A stretch of DNA of 51,505 bases, taken from the NCBI GenBank assembly GCA_943913325.1, contig CALTXP010000001.1, forward strand, positions 1 to 51,505, read 5' to 3'. Below are positions 39,675 through 49,995 of this stretch, piece by piece; the first letter of the stretch is position 1, and each line of letters begins with the position of its first letter. The position numbers were made by a program, and so were the translations under genes. This DNA comes from an uncultured Anaerococcus sp. Its GTDB lineage: Bacteria; Bacillota; Clostridia; Tissierellales; Peptoniphilaceae. A model generated the notes under the pieces. That model searched no databases. It was not told the origin of the DNA and was given only the letters and a program-made list of their open reading frames with translations.

Positions 39675-39702
39675 TAGCAAGCTTTCTGCTTGCTATTTTT
39701 TT
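39675..39702 (+). terminator. Rho-independent terminator
   Basis: tagcaagc-tttct-gcttgcta plus T7. Confidence 0.85.
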
Positions 39703-39727
39703 ATTTAATAAAAAATGAAAAAAATAC

Positions 39728-39789
39728 TTGCATTTATTAAAAATCGAGCTATAATATTATTGTACTAAGATAGTAATACAATAATACAA
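39728..39789 (+). promoter_or_regulatory. Promoter and YtrA-type operator
   Basis: ttgcat-16 bp-tataat, then TGTACTA-N6-TAATACA-a-TAATACA. This is typical of YtrA-subfamily GntR sites. Confidence 0.7.
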
Positions 39790-39804
39790 ATTAAGGAGAC
39801 GTAG

Positions 39805-40170
39805 ATGGACTTTGATAATTCTAGACCTATCTATCTGCAACTTCTAGAAGAATTTAAGCTAAAGATATCAACTGGACAATGGCCTGCAGGTTCTAAGATT
39901 GATTCTGTAAGAAACCTTGCAAGTACTTATGAGGTTAATCCAAATACTGTTCAAAAAGCTTTAGTAGAATTAGAACGTGATGGACTTTCAGAAACTAGGC
40001 GAACAGCTGGTAGATTTGTTACTGAAAATAAAAATTTGATATCTAAATTAGAAAATTCTTCCTTTTATGATTTGGCAGACCAATTTATAAAAGGAGCTGA
40101 AAATTTGCACTTAGACATGAATCAAGCCATTGATCAATTAAGGTCATATTGGGAGGAAAAAAATGATTGA
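39805..40170 (+). CDS. GntR-family regulator, YtrA subfamily
   Basis: PIYLQ, SVR.LA...VNPNTVQKA..ELE, R..GRFV. 121 aa. Confidence 0.93.
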   Translation: MDFDNSRPIYLQLLEEFKLKISTGQWPAGSKIDSVRNLASTYEVNPNTVQKALVELERDGLSETRRTAGRFVTENKNLISKLENSSFYDLADQFIKGAENLHLDMNQAIDQLRSYWEEKND

Positions 40171-40846
40171 GACTAAAAACTTAACTATGGTCTATAACGG
40201 TCAAGCTGTTTTAGATAATGTTAACTTAAACTTAGAAGATGGACAAATTATAGGGCTTGTAGGGGAAAATGGATCTGGTAAAACAACACTTATAAGAATC
40301 CTTGCAGGACTTGAAAGAAACTACCAAGGTGGTGTAAAAATAAATGGTAAATTACCTGGTGGAGATACTAATAATATGCTCTCATATCAGCCAGACCATC
40401 TAGCCTTGGATGATAACTTAAAAGTTTATCAAATAGTAGATATATATACTAAATTTTTTGAAGACTTCTCTAGCGATCAATTTTATAAACTATTAGAAAA
40501 ATTTGAAATATCCAAAGATCTAAAGATTAAGGAATGTTCTAAAGGAATGAAAGAAAAACTTCAAATAGCCTTAACTTTATCAAGAAAGTCTAGGGTCTAT
40601 CTTTTAGATGAACCATTAAGTGGTATTGATCCAAAATCAAGAAAGATGGTCCTAACTACTATAATTGAGAATTTTGATTATGAAGGGATCTTACTTCTTT
40701 CAACTCACTTAATAGGAGAGGTAGAAAGAGCCTTAGATAGAGTTTTATTTATGAGTCATGGAAAAATAGTTGTAGATGAGACTGTTGATGATATAAGGGA
40801 AAAACACCACATGGGTGTTGAAGATTACTTTACGGAGGTTATATAA
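40163..40846 (+). CDS. ABC transporter ATP-binding protein (YtrB-like)
   Basis: GENGSGKT, SKGM, LDEP.SG.D, STH. Confidence 0.92.
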   Translation: MIETKNLTMVYNGQAVLDNVNLNLEDGQIIGLVGENGSGKTTLIRILAGLERNYQGGVKINGKLPGGDTNNMLSYQPDHLALDDNLKVYQIVDIYTKFFEDFSSDQFYKLLEKFEISKDLKIKECSKGMKEKLQIALTLSRKSRVYLLDEPLSGIDPKSRKMVLTTIIENFDYEGILLLSTHLIGEVERALDRVLFMSHGKIVVDETVDDIREKHHMGVEDYFTEVI

Positions 40847-41631
40847 TGGGAAAACTTTTAGGACAAATATTTAAAGAAGACTTTAAGTCTATAATATTAT
40901 GGTTATTATTGCCAATAGCTTCGGCCTTAATGTTTTTACAATTATTAAATATCTTTAAAGATAGCCCTTTTTTAGGAATTGGAATGACAATTTCTATGAC
41001 TTTGCTTACCATAGGTCCTCTTATAGCTCTAGGGATAGCTGCTAAAAATGATTATGAAAGATTCTATGGGAAAAATGCAGCCTTCTATTCAGCCTTACCC
41101 TTAGCTTCATCAGCAATTAGTGGTGCAAGGCTTGTAGGATTCATATTACTAGGGATTTTAATAGCTATTGTTACTTTTATAAACTATATCATATTAATAT
41201 TAGTTACTTCTAACTTAAGCATAGGAGAGCTTTTAGACTCAATAGCAAATGGTCTCGGACAAATAGGTTCAAATACTGTGCTTGCTTTGATAATTACTAT
41301 ATTTACTATAGGACTTTATTTAGTAAATATAATAATGCTAGCTAACACAGCTGGATCTACTAAATTATTTGGCAAAAAATCAAAATGGGCACCTATAATT
41401 ATATTCCTAGTATTGTTTTTTGCCCTAGGTATGCTATCATCTAAGATTCAAGCATCTGCTTTAGCTGAGTATGTATCTTCTACTTGTAATTATGGGCCAA
41501 ATAATTTAGAGATATCTGCAGAGCTTCCTAGTGCTTCTATGGCTTTTCCTATAATTATAAATATAGTAATATCAGCTATTCTTTATGGTCTAACATATTA
41601 CTTCCATGATAAAAAGTTATCAGTAAACTAA
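40846..41631 (+). CDS. ABC-2-type permease
   Basis: About 6 TMs, FYG..A.FY.ALP motif, in an operon with the ATPase. Confidence 0.8.
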   Translation: MGKLLGQIFKEDFKSIILWLLLPIASALMFLQLLNIFKDSPFLGIGMTISMTLLTIGPLIALGIAAKNDYERFYGKNAAFYSALPLASSAISGARLVGFILLGILIAIVTFINYIILILVTSNLSIGELLDSIANGLGQIGSNTVLALIITIFTIGLYLVNIIMLANTAGSTKLFGKKSKWAPIIIFLVLFFALGMLSSKIQASALAEYVSSTCNYGPNNLEISAELPSASMAFPIIINIVISAILYGLTYYFHDKKLSVN

Positions 41632-41640
41632 GAAGTTTTG

Positions 41641-41662
41641 AGGGGGATACTCCCCCTTTTTT
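41641..41662 (+). terminator. Rho-independent terminator
   Basis: aggggga-tac-tccccct plus T-tract. Confidence 0.85.
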
Positions 41663-41723
41663 CTTTTATAAAATATTGATTTGGTGTATACTTGACTTAG
41701 CTAACTTAGTAAAAGGAGAAACT

Positions 41724-42623
41724 ATGAAAGAAGCCCTTTTTATATACAATCCTAATAGTGGTCAAAGAATAATCAATGAGCACTTAGCTTGGATTGTTGA
41801 TTATTTAAGTGAAAGAGATTATTTAATAAGTATATACGCAACTCAAGGCCCAAGAGATGCAAGTGAAACTATTGTAGAATTGGGAAATAGATTTGATGAA
41901 ATTATAGTAGGTGGTGGTGATGGTACACTTGATGAAGTTATAAGAGCTGTATCAAAACTTGATATAGACCCTTTGATAGGATACATACCAACTGGTTCAA
42001 CAAATGATTTTTCAAAATCTTTAAATATTCCAAAAGATGTAGAAAAGGCTACTAAAGTAGCCACAAGAGGTTATCAAAAGCGCATAGATATAGGGAAAAT
42101 TGATGATAAGTTTTTTGTATATGTAGCAGCTTTTGGAACAATAGCAGAAGTTTCCTATAATACTGGCCAAGATGTCAAAAATATTTTTGGCAGAAGTGCC
42201 TATATATTTGAAGGTTTAAAGCAAACTTTACCTCTAATTAATATACCTACCTATAAAATAGAAGTATCAGTAGATGGAGATGCTATAAAAGGAGATTTTA
42301 TTCATTTTATGGTAACTAACTCAGTATCTGTAGGTGGCTTTGTAGGTATAACTGGAGATAATGTAGGTTTATCTGATGGAATATTTGAGCTAACCATGGT
42401 AAAGCGTCCCCAATCTCTTTCTGATATAAATAAGATAATATTTGGTTTAACAAATAGAAAAGAAAATGATATGTTAATTCTCCGCCAAGGAAGTGAGTTT
42501 GAGATAAAAACTAATAGCAAAGTAGCCTGGTCTTTAGATGGGGAATATGGAGGATCTACTACTCATGCAAAAATTAAGGTGGAACAAGAAAAAATAAGGA
42601 TGCGAACTGGACTACGTAATTAG
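41724..42623 (+). CDS. Diacylglycerol kinase-family lipid kinase (YegS/DgkB)
   Basis: NPNSG, GGDGT, PTGSTNDF, DGE. Start corrected to 41724 after aaggag. Confidence 0.92.
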   Translation: MKEALFIYNPNSGQRIINEHLAWIVDYLSERDYLISIYATQGPRDASETIVELGNRFDEIIVGGGDGTLDEVIRAVSKLDIDPLIGYIPTGSTNDFSKSLNIPKDVEKATKVATRGYQKRIDIGKIDDKFFVYVAAFGTIAEVSYNTGQDVKNIFGRSAYIFEGLKQTLPLINIPTYKIEVSVDGDAIKGDFIHFMVTNSVSVGGFVGITGDNVGLSDGIFELTMVKRPQSLSDINKIIFGLTNRKENDMLILRQGSEFEIKTNSKVAWSLDGEYGGSTTHAKIKVEQEKIRMRTGLRN

Positions 42624-42718
42624 ACTATCTTTTTACCCCAAAAGCTTTCAATTTTCAAATTTGTTTTACGAAAAAGTGCTAATTTGATATAATATAAATG
42701 AGAACCTAGGAGGTAAAA

Positions 42719-43198
42719 ATGTTTAAAATAGGCGATAAAATCGTATACCCCAACCATGGTGCGGGTATAATTGATTCTATTGAGAAAAAAGAATTTTTAG
42801 GTGAAGAGAAAGATTATTTTATCCTAAAAATGCCAATCGGTTCTATGGATATTTCGATTCCAATGGCAAATATTGATAAAATGAACATAAGAGAGGTCAT
42901 CGGCAAAGAAGAAGGCGATGAAGTACTTAAAATCTTAGATGATGATCCTACCCAAATGTCAAATAACTGGAATGTTCGCTATAGACAAAACCAAGAAGTT
43001 ATTAAGTCTGGGGATATATTTGAGATTGCAAAAATGGTTAGGAATTTAGCAATTTTAGATAAGAAAAAGGGTCTATCCACAACTGAGAAAAAATTATTAA
43101 ACAGGGCAAGGCGAATTATGGCTAGTGAGCTAGTCATGGCAGGTTCTCTAGAAAAAGAAAAAGCCGAAGAAATGATAGATGAGTCTATTGGTCTTTGA
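42719..43198 (+). CDS. carD: CarD-family transcriptional regulator
   Basis: FKIGDKIVYP.HGAG, NW..RY. Confidence 0.93.
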   Translation: MFKIGDKIVYPNHGAGIIDSIEKKEFLGEEKDYFILKMPIGSMDISIPMANIDKMNIREVIGKEEGDEVLKILDDDPTQMSNNWNVRYRQNQEVIKSGDIFEIAKMVRNLAILDKKKGLSTTEKKLLNRARRIMASELVMAGSLEKEKAEEMIDESIGL

Positions 43199-43232
43199 TT
43201 ATTTTCTTTAAAAACGATAACAAGGAGCATAA

Positions 43233-44342
43233 ATGAAGCGAATAATTCAATTGGTTATTACGCTAATTGGAGCTGCTGTTGGTATTGCAATATTAAATAT
43301 GGTTAATGCCGCAAGTTCTTTCATAGATCCTAGCGGCATTATATTTATCATTGCAAACATAATAGCAGGACTGATTGGAGGAGTAATCTTCTATTTAATA
43401 TCTACATCATTTGTAGATAAATTTCTCGTTGATTTCTCAAATATAGAAGGGCAAATTAGTGAGATACCAGCAGGAAATCTTATAGTTGGCACAGTTGGAG
43501 CGATAATTGGTATACTTATAGCAACTTTAATCTCTAGACCTTTAACCAGCTTACAATTACCATATGTAGGCAATTCTATTTTTGTGCTATTATCCATTTT
43601 ATTATATATTGGTTTAGGTTATTTAGGATGGAGAGTTGCTACAAAAAACAGTGATGATTTTTTAAATCTTTTTAAGTCCTCTAAAGAGAGCAAAGAAAAT
43701 AAAGATTCTCGTCATATTTTAAAATCTAGTAAAAATAGTAAGATTGCTAGTCCAAAAATCCTTGATACATCTGTAATTATAGATGGACGAATAGTCGATA
43801 TTATAGATACAGAGTTTATAGAAGGGGATCTTATTATTTCTGAGTTTGTCCTAGAGGAGCTTCAACATATAGCTGATAGTCCAGATGATCTTAAAAGAGA
43901 AAGAGGTCGTAGAGGCCTAGATATAGTAAATACTATCAAAAAAAGTGGTAAGATTAATTTTAGAATAACTGATGTTGACTATCCTGAGATAAAAGAAGTA
44001 GATAGCAAACTTTTAAAGCTAGCCATGGATATGGATGGTAAAATATTTACTAATGACTATAATCTAAATAAGGTTGCAGATGTTCAAGGTATACCAGTTT
44101 TAAACATAAATGATCTTGCTAATGCCCTTAAACCTGTAGTAATTCCTGGAGAACATATGAAAATAGATGTTATCAAGGAAGGTAAGGGCAAAAATCAAGG
44201 AGTTGGATACTTAGATGATGGAACTATGGTTGTAGTTGAAGATGGTGATAAATACATAGACCAAACTATAAATGCTGTCGTTACCAGTGTTTTACAAACT
44301 TCTGCTGGTCGTATGATTTTTGTAAAGAGTGAAGAGGAGTAG
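43233..44342 (+). CDS. Membrane PIN/TRAM-domain protein (YacL-like)
   Basis: 4 TMs. LDTSVIIDGRI, RGRRGLD, TND.NL, YLDDGTMVVVE, QT.AGRMIF. Confidence 0.93.
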   Translation: MKRIIQLVITLIGAAVGIAILNMVNAASSFIDPSGIIFIIANIIAGLIGGVIFYLISTSFVDKFLVDFSNIEGQISEIPAGNLIVGTVGAIIGILIATLISRPLTSLQLPYVGNSIFVLLSILLYIGLGYLGWRVATKNSDDFLNLFKSSKESKENKDSRHILKSSKNSKIASPKILDTSVIIDGRIVDIIDTEFIEGDLIISEFVLEELQHIADSPDDLKRERGRRGLDIVNTIKKSGKINFRITDVDYPEIKEVDSKLLKLAMDMDGKIFTNDYNLNKVADVQGIPVLNINDLANALKPVVIPGEHMKIDVIKEGKGKNQGVGYLDDGTMVVVEDGDKYIDQTINAVVTSVLQTSAGRMIFVKSEEE

Positions 44343-45047
44343 ATGTTAGATAATAAATTCTTATCAGCTATCATAACTTCTGCTGGATCTGGAAGACGTA
44401 TGAATAGCAATATAAATAAGCCTTTTTTAGAAATTTATGGTAAAAAGATTATAGAACGTACTCTAGATACTATAGTAGCTATTGAGGAATTTGATGAGAT
44501 TATCTTAGTTATCAGACGTGAGGATGAGGATATCATCAAGGACATACTTAAAAACTATGAAAAAGAAATTAAGTACGTTTATGGTAGTGATACTAGAGAA
44601 AAATCAACCTTTGAAGGACTTAAAGCATTAAATAAAAATACACAATTGGTCTTAACTCATGATGGGGTAAGGCCTTTTGCTAGTCGAGAGCTTTTTTATA
44701 AAACCTTAGATGAACTTAGGGAATATAAGGCAGTAGTAAGCGCTACAAAAACTAAAGATACAGTTAAAATTGTAGATGAAAATATGCTTGTAGATTTTAC
44801 ACCTCATAGGGACTTTGTTTATAATATTCAAACTCCTCAAGCTTTTGATAAAGACATACTATTTTCTATGTATGAGAAGTATGTTAACAGTGAATTTATG
44901 ATAACAGATGATAGTCAGCTATTTGAATTTTTCAATAGACAAGAAGCGGTAAAAGTAGTTGAAGGAGAATATTCTAATATAAAGATTACCACTAATGAAG
45001 ATATATTATTTGCAAATGCGTATATACAAACCCAGAATAGGGGGTGA
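44343..45047 (+). CDS. ispD: 2-C-methyl-D-erythritol 4-phosphate cytidylyltransferase
   Basis: AGSG.RM...NK, HDG.RPF, QTPQAF, TDD, NIKITT.ED. Confidence 0.93.
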   Translation: MLDNKFLSAIITSAGSGRRMNSNINKPFLEIYGKKIIERTLDTIVAIEEFDEIILVIRREDEDIIKDILKNYEKEIKYVYGSDTREKSTFEGLKALNKNTQLVLTHDGVRPFASRELFYKTLDELREYKAVVSATKTKDTVKIVDENMLVDFTPHRDFVYNIQTPQAFDKDILFSMYEKYVNSEFMITDDSQLFEFFNRQEAVKVVEGEYSNIKITTNEDILFANAYIQTQNRG

Positions 45048-45049
45048 AG

Positions 45050-45523
45050 ATGAGAATAGGAATAGGATATGATGTCCATAGGCTAGTAGAAAATAGAGAT
45101 CTGATCCTAGGTGGGGTCAAATTTGATTATGATAAAGGCTTATTAGGGCATTCTGATGCAGATGTACTTACCCATGCTATAATGGATGCTATACTAGGAG
45201 CCTTAGCAGAAGCTGATATAGGTAAGTTATTTCCTGATACAGATCCTAAATATAAAGGAATCTATTCAATAGAATTACTAGATAATGTAGTAAAGCTAAT
45301 GGATGATAGAGGGTATAAGATAGGTAATATCGATAGTGTAATAATTTGCGAAATGCCTAAGATAAGTCCAAAGAGAGATGAAATAAGAAATTTACTTAAA
45401 GAGCATCTAAATACTGATATAGAAAATATATCAATCAAAGCTTCAACAAGCGAAGGTCTAGGATTTACAGGTAAGAGACTAGGAATAGAAGCTCGTGCAG
45501 TTGTAATATTAGAGGAGAAATGA
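45050..45523 (+). CDS. ispF: 2-C-methyl-D-erythritol 2,4-cyclodiphosphate synthase
   Basis: [31 protein letters not shown] 45050 follows ggggtg; the GTG at 45044 is an alternative start. Confidence 0.96.
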   Translation: MRIGIGYDVHRLVENRDLILGGVKFDYDKGLLGHSDADVLTHAIMDAILGALAEADIGKLFPDTDPKYKGIYSIELLDNVVKLMDDRGYKIGNIDSVIICEMPKISPKRDEIRNLLKEHLNTDIENISIKASTSEGLGFTGKRLGIEARAVVILEEK

Positions 45524-46692
45524 TGAAAAAATTTGTAACAAGTGAATCAGTAACAGAAGGTCATCCAGATAAAGTTTGTGATAGAATTTCCGATGCGATA
45601 TTGGATGAATGTTTAAGACAAGATAAGAATAGTAGAGTTGCTTGTGAGACAGTAACATCAACTGGCTTAGTTTTAGTAGTAGGGGAAATCTCTACAACAG
45701 CCTATGCACCAGTAGAACAAATAACTAGAAATGTCATAAAAGAGATAGGATATGATGATCCTAGTTTAGGTTTTGATTATTCTAATGTAGCGGTTTTAAC
45801 CTCATTAATAGAACAATCAGCAGATATTGCCCAAGGTGTAAATAGTGCCCAAGAATATAAATCTACTAATGAAAAGTACGATCAAATTGGAGCTGGAGAT
45901 CAAGGTATCATTTTTGGATATGCAGATAATGAGACAGAAGAATATTTACCAGTATCTGTAAGCTATGCTCATAAGCTTGCTATGAGACTTACAGAAGTAC
46001 GTAAAGATGGAATTTTATCATATTTAAGACCAGATGGAAAGACTCAAGTAACAGTAGAATATGATGATGATAAGCTAGTTAGAATTGATAATATAGTTAT
46101 ATCAGCTCAACACACAGAAGATGTATCATTAGAAAAAATTCGTCAAGATATAATAGATGAAGTAATAAATAAAGTTATAGATAAAAGCTTAATAGATGAA
46201 GATACAAAAATATATGTAAATCCAACAGGCAAATTTGTAATAGGTGGTCCAAAGGGAGATAGTGGCTTAACAGGTCGTAAGATTATAGTAGATACCTATG
46301 GAGGATATTCTAAAGCAGGCGGTGGAGCATTTTCTGGAAAAGATCCTACAAAAGTAGATAGATCAGCTGCTTATATGGCAAGATATGCAGCTAAGAATAT
46401 GGTTGCAGCAGGACTTGCTGATAAACTTGAAATAGGCATATCCTATGCTATAGGTGTTGCTCATCCACTTTCAATCTATGTTGATAGTTTTGGAACGGGA
46501 AAATACGATGATGAAAAGTTACTTAAGATACTAGAAGAAAACTTTGACTTTAGACCACAAGCAATTATAGATTACCTAGATTTATTAAGGCCGATCTATA
46601 AAGAAACATCTTCTTATGGACACTTTGGTAGAAGTAATTCTGACTTTACATGGGAAAAATTAGACAAGGTAGAAGCACTTAAAAATTATTAG
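45520..46692 (+). CDS. metK: S-adenosylmethionine synthetase
   Basis: [33 protein letters not shown]. Confidence 0.98.
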   Translation: MMKKFVTSESVTEGHPDKVCDRISDAILDECLRQDKNSRVACETVTSTGLVLVVGEISTTAYAPVEQITRNVIKEIGYDDPSLGFDYSNVAVLTSLIEQSADIAQGVNSAQEYKSTNEKYDQIGAGDQGIIFGYADNETEEYLPVSVSYAHKLAMRLTEVRKDGILSYLRPDGKTQVTVEYDDDKLVRIDNIVISAQHTEDVSLEKIRQDIIDEVINKVIDKSLIDEDTKIYVNPTGKFVIGGPKGDSGLTGRKIIVDTYGGYSKAGGGAFSGKDPTKVDRSAAYMARYAAKNMVAAGLADKLEIGISYAIGVAHPLSIYVDSFGTGKYDDEKLLKILEENFDFRPQAIIDYLDLLRPIYKETSSYGHFGRSNSDFTWEKLDKVEALKNY

Positions 46693-46700
46693 GAGAAAAA

Positions 46701-47750
46701 ATGGCAAGCTTTAGAAGAAGTGTAGCAATAGATTTGGGGACAGCTCAAGTTCTAGTCTATGTAAATAACAAGGGTATAGTTTTAGAAGAGCCATCAGTAA
46801 TAGCCATTGATATCCTAACAGATGAGATACTTGCAGTAGGAAGCGAAGCTAAAAAACTTGTGGGTAGGACGCCAGGTAACATTAAGGCAGTTATGCCTAT
46901 GGAAGATGGAATTATAGCAGATTTTCCTGCAACAGAGCGTATGCTAAAATATTTTTTAGAAAAATCAATTAGCAAGGCTCTTATAAAACCAGATGTATTA
47001 ATATGTGTACCTAGTAGATCTACCCAAGTAGAAAAAAGAGCTGTCCTCCAGGCAAGTGAAAATGCTGGTGCACATAGAACCTACCTTATAGAAGAACCTC
47101 TAGCAGCAGCAATTGGAGCTGGTGTTGATATAACAGATGCAGGAGGAGAATTAATTCTTGATATAGGTGGAGGAACTACGGATATAGCGGTAATTTCCAT
47201 GGGTCAAATTGTATCTAGCACTTCAGTGCCAGTTGCAGGATTAAGCTTTGATAAAACCATTAAAGATCATATAAGAATAAGATATGGACTTCTTATTGGA
47301 GATAATAAAGCTGAAGAAATTAAAATTGAAGCGGGAAATGCAGATCCTAACGATTCAATAGAGGTTACAGGTAGGCAAATAACAGATGGACTTCCAGCAA
47401 AAGTATATGTTCCAGTGGGAGAAATTGCTCTAGCTATAAAACCTTGTGTGGATTTAATCATAGATGGGGTAAAAAAAGTATTAGAGGTAACACCTCCAGA
47501 ATTAGCGGCCGACATATATGAAAAAGAAATTATTCTAACAGGTGGAGCAGCATATACACTAGGTCTACGCGAACGCATAGGAGAAAAGTTCCAAATAAAG
47601 GTAAAAATAGCAGAAAATGCTGAACAATGCGTAATAGTAGGTACAGGTAGAGCTTTAAATTGGCTAGATGAAATAGATAAAGGATATAGTGAATCTATTA
47701 AGGCTAAGCAAAAAGAACTTGAAAAGAATGAAAAATTAAGGAGAAGATAA
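46701..47750 (+). CDS. mreB: MreB/Mbl-family actin-like ATPase
   Basis: [46 protein letters not shown]. Confidence 0.88.
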   Translation: MASFRRSVAIDLGTAQVLVYVNNKGIVLEEPSVIAIDILTDEILAVGSEAKKLVGRTPGNIKAVMPMEDGIIADFPATERMLKYFLEKSISKALIKPDVLICVPSRSTQVEKRAVLQASENAGAHRTYLIEEPLAAAIGAGVDITDAGGELILDIGGGTTDIAVISMGQIVSSTSVPVAGLSFDKTIKDHIRIRYGLLIGDNKAEEIKIEAGNADPNDSIEVTGRQITDGLPAKVYVPVGEIALAIKPCVDLIIDGVKKVLEVTPPELAADIYEKEIILTGGAAYTLGLRERIGEKFQIKVKIAENAEQCVIVGTGRALNWLDEIDKGYSESIKAKQKELEKNEKLRRR

Positions 47751-48439
47751 TGACAAAGACATTAGTAATGGTAAGACACGGTCAAAGTGAATGGAATCTT
47801 GCAAACAAATTTACAGGTTGGGTAGATGTAGATCTTTCAGATAAAGGTACAGAAGAAGCTATAGAAGCTGGTAAAAAAATAAAAGAAGCAGGTATAGTAT
47901 TTGATCATGCACACACATCAATACTAAAAAGAGCTATCAAAACTTGTAACTATGTACTAGAATATTCTGAACAACTATTTGTTCCAGTAGAAAAATCATG
48001 GAGATTAAATGAACGTCACTATGGAGCTTTACAAGGATTAAATAAAGCAGAAACTGCTGAAAAATATGGAGATGAACAAGTACATATCTGGAGAAGAAGC
48101 TATGATACACTTCCTCCATTATTATCAGAAGAAGCTCAAAAAGAACAATTAAACATGAGACAGTTTAAAAATCTTCCACAAGATGTAGTCCCAGCAGCAG
48201 AAAACTTAAAGATTACTCTAGATAGAGCATTACCATATTTCTTTGATAATATAGCTCCACAATTACTAAAAGATGAAACAGTCTTAGTAGCAGCTCATGG
48301 TAATAGCCTAAGAGCATTAGCAAAACACATAGAAGAAATATCAGATGAGGATATAATGGATTTAGAAATTCCAACAGGTCAACCTTTAGTTTATGAACTA
48401 GATGATGATCTTAAGATGGTTAAAAAATATTATTTATAA
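47750..48439 (+). CDS. gpmA: 2,3-bisphosphoglycerate-dependent phosphoglycerate mutase
   Basis: [32 protein letters not shown]. Confidence 0.97.
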   Translation: MTKTLVMVRHGQSEWNLANKFTGWVDVDLSDKGTEEAIEAGKKIKEAGIVFDHAHTSILKRAIKTCNYVLEYSEQLFVPVEKSWRLNERHYGALQGLNKAETAEKYGDEQVHIWRRSYDTLPPLLSEEAQKEQLNMRQFKNLPQDVVPAAENLKITLDRALPYFFDNIAPQLLKDETVLVAAHGNSLRALAKHIEEISDEDIMDLEIPTGQPLVYELDDDLKMVKKYYL

Positions 48440-48473
48440 GCTTAAGCTTATAAATAATTGAAATTAAACTATA

Positions 48474-48664
48474 GCCATTTCGACTAGATGAATATACCTT
48501 AATTTGCTATATTTATAACTAAAACTAGTGTGAAAGCACGGAAAAGTTTGCATAGTAAACAAGTTTTAGTAAAAGTGAAGCGAATTTATGGATAGATCTA
48601 ATGAGATTTCTCCGCTCACTATGATCGGTCGGAATGGTAAAATTTTATATTTTATCAACAGTCT
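48474..48664. repeat. Degenerate REP/MITE-like element
   Basis: gccatttcgacta (48474-86) is inverted to tcggtcggaatggt (48625-38). Contains gagatttctccgctc and an inner actaaaact/agttttagt pair. Ends in ttttatcaacagtct. Confidence 0.5.
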
Positions 48665-48689
48665 AAGTAGAGTTTAATCTCTACTTTTT
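48665..48689 (+). terminator. Rho-independent terminator
   Basis: aagtagag-tttaat-ctctacttttt. Confidence 0.75.
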
Positions 48690-48924
48690 CTATTTATAAA
48701 ATCATATAACTTTATTAAAATTGTTTTCTATAAGAAAAATATAATGATGATTTATTTAATAATATTTAGCTAATTAATTGGCAGATCCTAAGTTAAGTGA
48801 GGATCTGCCAATATAATTTAAAGAAATATTAGTAGTAATATATAAGATAAATTTTAAACTTTGTAAATTAAAGCTCTATTCATTATTTTAGGGTTTATGT
48901 ATAGTACATATATTAGGTAAATAA

Positions 48925-49292
48925 GTATACTTCAATATAAAAAGTACTATACCATTGACAGAAGAAGATAAAGAAAAGATTAAAGAAGAAAAAATAAAAA
49001 GAAAAAAAGACAAGAAGGAATTTGGAAAACCTCTTGGCAATGGCTTAAAGAGGATAATCGTAAAATTGTAGAAAATTCTGTGCCAGAAGAAAGATATAAC
49101 TGGATTTACGATGAAGCTTCAGACAGCTTTGAAGAATCTAGCAAGGCTTTTTATTACTATAGTGAGTATGACACTATACAAGTAAGTCAAGAAGAGTATA
49201 AAGAGCTTAAAAGACAGTATATCGCCAAGTTTGGTGGTTGGGAAAAGATAGATTTAGAGCACACAGAATACAATGGAAAAAAATGGTATTAA
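48925..49292 (+). pseudogene. Probable frameshifted 3' gene remnant
   Basis: Frame 1 reads ..PLTEEDKEKIKEEK, then switches in an A-run to the frame open 48984-49292 (KRQEGIWKTSWQWLKED...KKWY). No RBS before the GTG at 49080. Own terminator at 49295-49317. Confidence 0.4.
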
Positions 49293-49398
49293 TTAGACGG
49301 GGGATTCTGTCTTTTTTGTTAAAGAGTAAAAATCCCGCTTGGAAAGGTAAAAAAACAGAAGTCAAACATTCATATATTAAAATTATTCACATATACAT

Positions 49399-49450
49399 TT
49401 GACATTAGAAAGACATATGCTATAATGTTCATATAAGCATATACTCATAT
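49399..49450 (+). promoter_or_regulatory. Promoter and SmtB/CzrA-type operator
   Basis: ttgaca-16 bp-(TGc)tataat, then ATATAAGCATATACTCATAT, similar to the ATATGA-N8-TCATAT ArsR/SmtB box. Confidence 0.7.
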
Positions 49451-49464
49451 AAACGGAGGTGATA

Positions 49465-49758
49465 ATGATAACTATCAAAGATGAGGAAATTTTATTTGAT
49501 TTAGCTGATCTTTTTAAGGTTTTTGGCGATTCGACTAGGCTTAGAATCATGAATGTGCTTTTTAGTGGACCTACTTGTGTATGCGAAATTGCAGAAGCCT
49601 TGGATATGAGCCAGTCGGCTATAAGCCACCAGCTAAAGAGCTTGAAGGATAACAATTTGGTCAGTTCCAAGAGAAGTGGCAAGTCAATATACTACGAACT
49701 TGCCGATGACCACGTCAAGACGATTTTTATGACAGGATTAGAACATATTAAAGAATAG
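49465..49758 (+). CDS. ArsR/SmtB-family metalloregulator (CadC/CzrA-like)
   Basis: FKVFGDSTR, alpha3 CVCE, SAISHQL, alpha5 D-x-H-x10-H-x2-E. Start at ATG 49465 after ggagg. Confidence 0.93.
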   Translation: MITIKDEEILFDLADLFKVFGDSTRLRIMNVLFSGPTCVCEIAEALDMSQSAISHQLKSLKDNNLVSSKRSGKSIYYELADDHVKTIFMTGLEHIKE

Positions 49759-49767
49759 GAGAATATA

Positions 49768-49992
49768 ATGAAAGTTAAATATAAAGTAGAAAGTGATGAC
49801 CTATGTCCAAATTGTGCAGCAAAGATTGAAGAGGCTGTTAAGAAAATTGATGGAGTAAATGATGCCAACCTATCATTCCTAACTTTGAAGCTAAAGATGG
49901 AATTAGCTGATGGTGCTGATGAAGATGCTATCTTTGATGAGGCTAACAGACTTGCTGATAAGCTTGAGCCAGGGACTGTCTTAGTGAGGTAG
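49768..49992 (+). CDS. Stand-alone heavy-metal-associated (HMA) domain protein
   Basis: LCPNCAAKIE..V.KIDGV CxxC pattern. Confidence 0.88.
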   Translation: MKVKYKVESDDLCPNCAAKIEEAVKKIDGVNDANLSFLTLKLKMELADGADEDAIFDEANRLADKLEPGTVLVR

Positions 49993-49995
49993 GAC

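Noticed and set aside
45480..45520. SAM riboswitch before metK
   Set aside because: metK overlaps ispF, so there is no leader space.
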